Shown: positions 38,141 through 44,584 of the stretch, in pieces
Position numbering within the stretch: the first letter of the stretch is position 1
How the letters are laid out: each line of letters opens with the position of its first letter
From: Bdellovibrionales bacterium
Lineage (GTDB): Bacteria; Bdellovibrionota; UBA1018; CAIMNF01
Length of the DNA stretch: 64,000 bases
Assembly: GCA_040380025.1 (NCBI GenBank)
Contig: JBEIJY010000003.1
Span: forward strand, 32,001-96,000
Direction: 5' to 3'
Position numbers and translations under genes: made by a program
The notes under the pieces: model-generated
Seen by the model: the letters and a program-made list of their open reading frames with translations, nothing else
Databases searched by the model: none
Told to the model about the DNA's origin: nothing

Positions 38141-39232
38141 TCACGGGCTGGGCAAATCGTCGATGAAGCGGGCAAGAAGCAGGGTCTCGAGCGCCACGAT
38201 GTGGGTCACGGGCGTGAACTGCCCGGGGCTTTCGGGGTTCACCCAGCGCAGCGGGTACCAGCCGCATTTGTTCTTGGGTGATCGGATCACCAGCTCTGCT
38301 TGCCGGTCGACGAACGAGCGAAGCTCCTCGAGGCGCGGGTCGTTCTGTTCGGCGAAGGCGCGCACCAAAGGATAGAGCGACTTCATGAAGATTCCCTTGA
38401 AGGTCACGCCGTCGACGCCGCAGGGTTTTTTCCCGCCCTCGGACTCGCAGTGCCGCTCGGCGAACGCTCCGCGGTCGTTGAGGTAATAGTTGCGCGAGGC
38501 CTGGAAGAGCGACCAGGCGCGGTCGAGGTTTCCGAGCCGGGTGAAGACCTCGATGTAGAGTCCCTGGTTGTATGTCCAGTAGTCGCCGATTGCATTGCAC
38601 TTCGCATCGAGTCCATCGTCGATGAGCCCCTCGGGGTTCCGGACGATGGCGGAGTTTTCGATCCAATGGACGATCTTGAGCGCGCGTTCGCGGTACACCG
38701 GATCGCCCGTCAGTTCGAAGAGCCGAAGGTTCAGGACGGCATAAATGCCGTTTGTGACGGAATTCTGGTACTTGTTCTCGGGCTTCCAAACGAGACTTCC
38801 GCCGCAGGTCGAAACCCAGGCGCGCTCGTGAATGTGTTTATAGAGCGCAAGGGAGCGCTTCAGGTATTTCTTTTTGGTCCGGCCCGAGGCCTCATAGGCA
38901 TGAAGCCAGGTGAGCGCCCACCAGCCCTCGTCATCGAAGATGCCGTTCACGTAGTTCAAGATCGGCCGGAAGCTCAAAAAAAAGTAAGTCTGATCAAGAC
39001 TCCCGATCAGCTCCCGGTCGAACCGCAAAAGGCCGTCGATGTTGTGTGATTGGGTCCACCAAGTCGAGCGAGGCCAATCCCGAAGCAAAAACCGTCGCGA
39101 TTCCTGATGGGTCTTACCGGCCTCTTCGATCGCGGCATCAAGCTCTGCTCTTTCGATCCCTCGTGCGGGGGGAGCTCCCGCAATGCTCATGAAGACTGCG
39201 ACAAGAAGGGTCGAAAGAGTGAGACGGTTCAT
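38141..39232 (-). CDS. Secreted glycoside hydrolase family 76 (alpha-1,6-mannanase-like)
   Basis: FDDEGWWAL catalytic pair, NSVTN, WTYNQG and FKGIF; signal peptide. Confidence 0.85.
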   Translation of the reverse strand: MNRLTLSTLLVAVFMSIAGAPPARGIERAELDAAIEEAGKTHQESRRFLLRDWPRSTWWTQSHNIDGLLRFDRELIGSLDQTYFFLSFRPILNYVNGIFDDEGWWALTWLHAYEASGRTKKKYLKRSLALYKHIHERAWVSTCGGSLVWKPENKYQNSVTNGIYAVLNLRLFELTGDPVYRERALKIVHWIENSAIVRNPEGLIDDGLDAKCNAIGDYWTYNQGLYIEVFTRLGNLDRAWSLFQASRNYYLNDRGAFAERHCESEGGKKPCGVDGVTFKGIFMKSLYPLVRAFAEQNDPRLEELRSFVDRQAELVIRSPKNKCGWYPLRWVNPESPGQFTPVTHIVALETLLLARFIDDLPSP

Positions 39233-39266
39233 CCAGTAGCTCCCGGTTCCACGATCGAAATTTCGT

Positions 39267-39818
39267 TCAATACTTCGGTCCTAGGTCGAGCGGCCGGGTT
39301 TCCTGCCGGAGCTCTTCGAGCTCCCGCTTGCGAAGATCCTGTTCCTGCGGGCTCGCCTCGATGGCGGCTTGCGCGCGTTCCGTGATCTCGGCGGTGATCT
39401 CCGCACGGCGTACCTCGCACTCGTGCAGGGACCGGAACTCCCGGTTCTGATCGTAGGTGTAGTTCGGAATCGCGAACTCCGCAACCGGCTTCGGAAGCGC
39501 CCCGACCACCAGGACCGCATATTGCGAGCCGTAGTTCTGATGGAGCGCAGGTCCGAGATCGACCTTGATGCGTTCCACTCGGTCTTCCTCGCGACGGGCG
39601 CGATCGCACCGGATCGCCGCATGCGCTTGCTCGCACACATTCTTCAGGTCTGACAGGTTCGATTCGGTTTTCGAGATGCGGATCAGAACATACGATCCGC
39701 CGGTCTTCAGGTACAGGCGGTCGAACCAGCCCTCGCGGAACTCGCAGGCTCCTTGCGCCTGTGCGGCCGAAGCCGAAATGAAAAGTGCTGCCAACAATGC
39801 CGATCCGTACTTGCTCAT
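39267..39818 (-). CDS. Secreted four-Cys paralog 1
   Basis: Signal peptide (AQA); C-x-F-x-x-G ... LxxVC-x8-C ... S-x3-CExxR ... AQxAI pattern shared with four neighbours. Confidence 0.8.
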   Translation of the reverse strand: MSKYGSALLAALFISASAAQAQGACEFREGWFDRLYLKTGGSYVLIRISKTESNLSDLKNVCEQAHAAIRCDRARREEDRVERIKVDLGPALHQNYGSQYAVLVVGALPKPVAEFAIPNYTYDQNREFRSLHECEVRRAEITAEITERAQAAIEASPQEQDLRKRELEELRQETRPLDLGPKY

Positions 39819-39851
39819 GGGTTCCTCTCCTCCTTCAGAAAAGAAAGGAAC

Positions 39852-39915
39852 ATCTTGCAGAGGCTGAAAACAAGTGTCAATTATAATTTATATAATATTA
39901 GAATAAAAACTAATG
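39852..39915 (-). promoter_or_regulatory. Repeated promoter/operator module, copy 1
   Basis: Minus strand: CATTAGTTTTTATTCT-N19-TTGACA-N17-CAAGAT. Confidence 0.7.
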
Positions 39916-39925
39916 GGAGTTGCGG

Positions 39926-40381
39926 TCAGCGCAGACGCGTGCCCCATTTGCGGTCTTCGATTTGTCTTTGTTCTTCGGGACGCAGAGCGATCGCATCTTG
40001 GGCCCGTCCCGTGGCACGGATGGAAAACCACGAGCGGTGCGTTTCGCACTCCTCGAAGGAATCGAACATGCGATTGAAACCGACCGAAGGCACGGGACCC
40101 GCGAATTGGAGGATCCATTCCGGAAGTTCCCCGACATAAAAGAGCGTGAACTCCGAGCCGGGATTCAAAACGCAATGACTGGCGCGCAGGGTTTCGTCAC
40201 AGAGGTTCTTCAGGTCGCCGATGTTCTGCGGGGTTCTCGAAACCCGGATCGGAAGCGTACTGCCGTTCCCCGCGTTCAGGCGGACCGAGTAAAACGGACC
40301 CTGCGAAAAAAAACAAGCCTCCTCTGCATTCGCAGAAAAGGCTTGCATCAATATCATTGAAACGAAAGCAAAACGAAGCAT
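39926..40381 (-). CDS. Secreted four-Cys paralog 2
   Basis: Signal peptide (ANA); CFFSQG, LKNLCDETLRASHC, LPEWILQF and SFEECETHR. Confidence 0.8.
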   Translation of the reverse strand: MLRFAFVSMILMQAFSANAEEACFFSQGPFYSVRLNAGNGSTLPIRVSRTPQNIGDLKNLCDETLRASHCVLNPGSEFTLFYVGELPEWILQFAGPVPSVGFNRMFDSFEECETHRSWFSIRATGRAQDAIALRPEEQRQIEDRKWGTRLR

Positions 40382-40422
40382 GTTATCCCCCCTTTTCTTC
40401 AGATCAAGCGACACCGGAAGAA

Positions 40423-40950
40423 TCAGATTTTTCCGGGAGTCAGGCGGCGCCCCTGTTCGCGGAGCTGTTGATCGTCGCGAGCATTGGTCGAGCGAGCCTC
40501 GATCGCCTTCTGGGCGTTCTCGACCGCTTGAATGGCAACGTCGGCCCGGTGGCTTTCGCAGGCTTGCACCGAGGCGTAAGACTTACCCGCATAGCTCGGC
40601 GCGAATTGCGCGATCCACTGGTTCCGCGGATGGAATTCATATTCGAGGGTGGCGAAGTTCTTTCCGAGATCGACATAGGTACTCGGGCCGAGATCGGAAT
40701 CAATGCGCACGCTCTCGCCGGTGTAGCGGACATGCTCGATGCACAGGACCGCCTTGAAGGTCTCATCGCAGACGGTCTTGAGTGTGTTCAGGTTCTCGTC
40801 GGTTTGTGCCACGCGAATCCCGACGTACTGGGAATCGCTCGACTGAATGTAAGAGTGGCCGAAAACCCCCGTCGAAAAATAGCAGTTCGCCTCTGCCGAA
40901 GCTCCTGCCATCATCAATGCCACTGCCAATCCTGAAACTTGTTTGAACAT
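40423..40950 (-). CDS. Secreted four-Cys paralog 3
   Basis: Signal peptide (AEA); CYFSTG, LKTVCDETFKAVLC, WIAQF and SVQACESHR. Confidence 0.8.
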   Translation of the reverse strand: MFKQVSGLAVALMMAGASAEANCYFSTGVFGHSYIQSSDSQYVGIRVAQTDENLNTLKTVCDETFKAVLCIEHVRYTGESVRIDSDLGPSTYVDLGKNFATLEYEFHPRNQWIAQFAPSYAGKSYASVQACESHRADVAIQAVENAQKAIEARSTNARDDQQLREQGRRLTPGKI

Positions 40951-40982
40951 GATACCTCTCCTCATTTTTGAAACGACGCAGA

Positions 40983-41046
40983 ATGCTTGCACGTCATGAC
41001 TGGCGCGTCAATTATTATTTATAGTAAATAAGAATAAAAACTAATG
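40983..41046 (-). promoter_or_regulatory. Repeated promoter/operator module, copy 2
   Basis: Minus strand: CATTAGTTTTTATTCT-N19-TTGACG-N17-AAGCAT. Confidence 0.65.
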
Positions 41047-41089
41047 GCGATCGGTCGCACGGGCTTGCGCGGGCCTTCGGCGGGGCTTA

Positions 41090-41563
41090 TTACCAGGGGC
41101 GCGCTTGATACACCGATTCCCGGATGCGTTTTTGCTCTTCGGGATTGGCCGCGATGGCGGCATGGGCGCGTTCGGTCGCAAGAATGGCGAATTCGGAGCG
41201 CGCGATCTCGCACTCTTTCTGGGAGTTCAGAAGCTGGTTCCAGCCATAGCCGAAGATCGGGTTGGTATATTGCGCGATCCATTCCGGAACAGCGTGGATG
41301 AACAACAGGGTGACTCCTGATTCTTTTGTGGGAAGGCACTCCGCGGCCTCGAGGCTCGTATTGCACACCTCTCTCAGGATCGAGCGGTTGTTATTGCTTC
41401 GGGTGACCTGGATCACGAGGAACTTCCCGTGTCCCGAGTTCAAATGAAGCGAATCGAATTGTCCGCTCGAAAAAGTGCAGCTGTCTTTGGCGTGGGCGGC
41501 CGAGGCGGTCATCGCCAACAAAATCGTAAGAACGGTTCTAGTCATTGCCAACATGATTTTCAT
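41090..41563 (-). CDS. Secreted four-Cys paralog 4 (start may be 41554)
   Basis: Signal peptide (AHA); CTFSSG, LREVCNTSLEAAEC, VPEWIAQY and SQKECEIAR. Confidence 0.8.
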   Translation of the reverse strand: MKIMLAMTRTVLTILLAMTASAAHAKDSCTFSSGQFDSLHLNSGHGKFLVIQVTRSNNNRSILREVCNTSLEAAECLPTKESGVTLLFIHAVPEWIAQYTNPIFGYGWNQLLNSQKECEIARSEFAILATERAHAAIAANPEEQKRIRESVYQARPW

Positions 41564-41584
41564 CCTCCGAAAGATTCCCCGATT

Positions 41585-42109
41585 CTACCATTTGCCCGGA
41601 GTATAGAGATCGCGCCGGTCGGGTTGATTCTCGAGAGGGGACCCGCGCGCGGTGGATTCATTGTAGCGGATCGCCTTTTGTGCGATTTCGACGGTCCCGA
41701 TCGCGATTCGATCCCGCTGAGCCAAGCATGCTTCGTAAGACGCGTATTTCTTGCCGGACCAGTCATTCGGCACGAATTGCTGGATCCACTCGGGCAGATT
41801 GCTCACGCCAAGGGTCACTTCCACCAGTCCGAAGTTGGTGTATTCCTTGATGCCGAATTCCGAGGGATGACTCACGACCTGATCATAAGTACGGGTGGTG
41901 CCCTCGCACCGGACGGCCTTGTAGGTCTCGTTGCAAACGGTTTGCAAAAGGTTCTTGTTTTCGACGGTCGGTGTGATCCGGATCAGATCGTACTGGTCTT
42001 CGCTCGCGTGGATGTACTCGCCGAGGTAACCCCCGGAGAAGTAACACTGCGCCCCGGCCGAAGAACCTGCCGCCATCATCAATGCGATTGCCGAAAATTT
42101 CTTGAACAT
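41585..42109 (-). CDS. Secreted four-Cys paralog 5
   Basis: Signal peptide (AGA); CYFSGG, LQTVCNETYKAVRC, LPEWIQQF and SYEACLAQR. Confidence 0.8.
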   Translation of the reverse strand: MFKKFSAIALMMAAGSSAGAQCYFSGGYLGEYIHASEDQYDLIRITPTVENKNLLQTVCNETYKAVRCEGTTRTYDQVVSHPSEFGIKEYTNFGLVEVTLGVSNLPEWIQQFVPNDWSGKKYASYEACLAQRDRIAIGTVEIAQKAIRYNESTARGSPLENQPDRRDLYTPGKW

Positions 42110-42143
42110 GAACTGCCTCTCCTCTTCGTTTCGAAGTCGGCGC

Positions 42144-42207
42144 ATCTTCGCACGGGCAAGGTGATGTGTCAATTATTTTTTATATGAAGTTAGAATAAAA
42201 ACTGATG
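42144..42207 (-). promoter_or_regulatory. Repeated promoter/operator module, copy 3
   Basis: Minus strand: CATCAGTTTTTATTCT-N19-TTGACA-N17-GAAGAT. Confidence 0.7.
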
Positions 42208-42218
42208 AGGGGGTCGCA

Positions 42219-42704
42219 TCAGTTCGGACGGGTGCGGGCGGCGCGCGCCTGGCGGATCGCCTCGCGCTGGGAGGCCATCACATCGATGATCTCGAGCGCT
42301 TCGTAACGAAGGTCGTTCTCGAAAATGAAGCGGTAGAAGTTCTCGATGTCCGGATGGTGGCGGAAGTTCTTGAGCGATCCGGAGTTGGTGTCGGTTCCCG
42401 CAGTCGCGGCCGCCATGGCAAGGCCTGCGGCCGAGATTCCGGGAGCGGCGGCGCCTTCTTCTTCTTCGTCCTCATCCGAGGACGCGGTGCCGGTCACGAG
42501 TTCGGCTTTCAGCTCGATGGTGTCGGATTTCTTGTCTTTGCCCGCGCCTTTTTTCTCGATCGCGATTTTCACTTTGGGTTCGGGCTTCTTGGTCGACTTG
42601 GCCACCGGCTTTGCGGAAGGCTTCGGAGCGGCCTTGGCGGGTTTCGCGGGAACGGGTTTTTTCGCGTTTGTTTTTTTAGCGGGTTCTTTTTTCGATTTTG
42701 CCAT
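42219..42704 (-). CDS. Hypothetical protein: K/A/P-rich N-terminus, acidic patch, compact C-terminal domain
   Basis: SD GGAGG; MAKSKKEPAKK...; SDEDEEEEG; SLKNFRHHPDIENFYRFIFENDLR. Confidence 0.8.
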   Translation of the reverse strand: MAKSKKEPAKKTNAKKPVPAKPAKAAPKPSAKPVAKSTKKPEPKVKIAIEKKGAGKDKKSDTIELKAELVTGTASSDEDEEEEGAAAPGISAAGLAMAAATAGTDTNSGSLKNFRHHPDIENFYRFIFENDLRYEALEIIDVMASQREAIRQARAARTRPN

Positions 42705-42732
42705 GGCACTGCCTCCTGGGTTTCGGGTCAAT

Positions 42733-44118
42733 TTACAGTTTCGCCTCGGATTTGTCCAAAATTCCGTAGCGGTGAAGTTTGTTGTACAGGGTCTTGATCG
42801 TGATCCCGAGCGAATGCGCCGCACGGGTCTTGTTGCCTTCGAAGTGGCCGAGACAACGCAAAATATGGATTTTTTCGAGTTCCTCGAGGGGCATTTCGAC
42901 CGGGGGCGGGCCGGTCAGCTCTCTCGACGCACTCTGGGCCGGACCCCGGATCGATCCAGGCAGATCCGCCGGTTCGATCCGTCCGTCTCCCGAAAGAATC
43001 CGGATCCGCTCGATCGCGTTCTGAAGCTCCCGGATGTTTCCGGGCCAGGGGTGGTTCTTCAGGAGCTCGAGCGCCTCGCTCGAAATCCGGGCGAGCATAC
43101 CCGAAGAAAAATGCTCGATCAGAAGGGGAATGTCGTCTTTCCGGTCGCGCAATGCCGGGGATTTGAGCGTGATGGTGTTCAGACGGTAAAAGAGATCCTC
43201 ACGGAACCGGCTGTTCTGAATCTCGGTCTCGAGGTCGCGATTGGTGGCGCTCACCACCCGCACATCGACGCGGATCGGCTCCTTGCCGCCTACGCGATAG
43301 AATTCGCCTTCTTGCAAAAATCGCAGGATCTTCGACTGGAGGGCGAGGGCCATTTCGCCGATTTCGTCCAAAAACAGGGTTCCGCGATGGGCCTGCTCGA
43401 CCAGTCCTTTTTTGGTGCCTGTGGCGCCGGTGAACGAGCCTTTTTCGTGTCCGAACAGCTCGCTTTCGAGCAGGGATTCGGTGATCGCGCCGCAATTGAT
43501 TGCCACAAAGGGAAGCTCGCTTCTCGGGCTCTGTGCGTGGATCCGTCGCGCGATCAGCTCTTTGCCGGTTCCGCTCTCGCCCAAAATGAGCACGGATGCC
43601 GAGGTCGGAGCCACGCGGTCGATCAGGTTCAGAATCTTGCCGAGTTTTTCGCTCCGGCCGATCAGGGGAACGGTCTGGGCTGCTGCGCGGGAGGGTTTCC
43701 TGGGCTCGCGGACCTTGCCACCCAGGGTGAGACCGGGAAGCGCGGGAGCAAGAAGGCGTCCGAGTTCGGTTGCCGCAAGCTCAATCAAAATCGTCTCGCC
43801 CGTGAGCCATTTGCCTTCCGGACGGTATGCGAACAGCACTCCGGTGATCCGGTTCTCAAAAATGCAAGGGACGATGAAAATCCGGTTCAGCGGCTCGATC
43901 ACCGACTGGCGCAGACGCACGGACTGATCGAGGGTGCGGGGGTCGAACGGGGGGAAGCCCGGGGTCGCCGCGAATTGATCCTTGGGGAGCTCGGTTGCCG
44001 CATTTGCCCGTGCGATCGCGAACTTCGCGAACGAGAGTTCGCGATTCAGGAAGTCCAGGCTTCCGTCGAACTCGTCATTCAGTTTTCGGATCAGGCTCAG
44101 CGCCGACAAGGGTTCCAT
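42733..44118 (-). CDS. Sigma-54-dependent enhancer-binding transcriptional regulator (GAF-like input, AAA+, Fis HTH)
   Basis: GESGTGKE, ESELFGHEKGSFTGA, LFLDEIG, FREDLFYRL and GNKTRAA..LGI. Confidence 0.95.
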   Translation of the reverse strand: MEPLSALSLIRKLNDEFDGSLDFLNRELSFAKFAIARANAATELPKDQFAATPGFPPFDPRTLDQSVRLRQSVIEPLNRIFIVPCIFENRITGVLFAYRPEGKWLTGETILIELAATELGRLLAPALPGLTLGGKVREPRKPSRAAAQTVPLIGRSEKLGKILNLIDRVAPTSASVLILGESGTGKELIARRIHAQSPRSELPFVAINCGAITESLLESELFGHEKGSFTGATGTKKGLVEQAHRGTLFLDEIGEMALALQSKILRFLQEGEFYRVGGKEPIRVDVRVVSATNRDLETEIQNSRFREDLFYRLNTITLKSPALRDRKDDIPLLIEHFSSGMLARISSEALELLKNHPWPGNIRELQNAIERIRILSGDGRIEPADLPGSIRGPAQSASRELTGPPPVEMPLEELEKIHILRCLGHFEGNKTRAAHSLGITIKTLYNKLHRYGILDKSEAKL

Positions 44119-44158
44119 CGCGACGGTGGATTCTAGCAGTACTGTGTAAAAATTGCAA

Positions 44159-44584
44159 TTAAAAACTGATATAAAAAGTAAGATTTTCAGTAAGGGGGCG
44201 GACCACGGTGTACAGCGCAAGCACTGCCAGCCCGGCCCAGGCAAGGCCTCGCGCCCGGTTCCACGAGGGAATCGGAAGTCGCCCGGTCGCCGCAAGCGCC
44301 GAGACGACGGGCATTCCCGAAAACAAGGGGAGCGAGAGCAGGTTCTGCCGGAACGCCTCTTGCCACTCTCCGAAAAACAAATGCACAAAGGCATGGGTCA
44401 TGCCGCAAAACGAGCACTTCATTCCGGTCCACATGCGCAGGGGGCAAACCGGCGGAAGCGCATCCAGGATCGAAAACGCCTGCTCCCGCCCGAGCAGATG
44501 CAGGCTCGCTCCCGAAGCAACAAACAGCAGCAGCAGGAGTCTCCCGGACCAAACAAGCAGAGAAGACTTCGAAGAAGAACTCAA
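44159..44584 (-). CDS. DUF2752 family membrane protein
   Basis: CPLRMWTGMKCSFCGMT motif. Confidence 0.8.
   Translation of the reverse strand: MSSSSKSSLLVWSGRLLLLLFVASGASLHLLGREQAFSILDALPPVCPLRMWTGMKCSFCGMTHAFVHLFFGEWQEAFRQNLLSLPLFSGMPVVSALAATGRLPIPSWNRARGLAWAGLAVLALYTVVRPLTENLTFYISF

Noticed and set aside
43425..43445. GSFTGA instead of GAFTGA in the sigma-54 activator
   Set aside because: A common variant; not evidence of sigma-54 independence.
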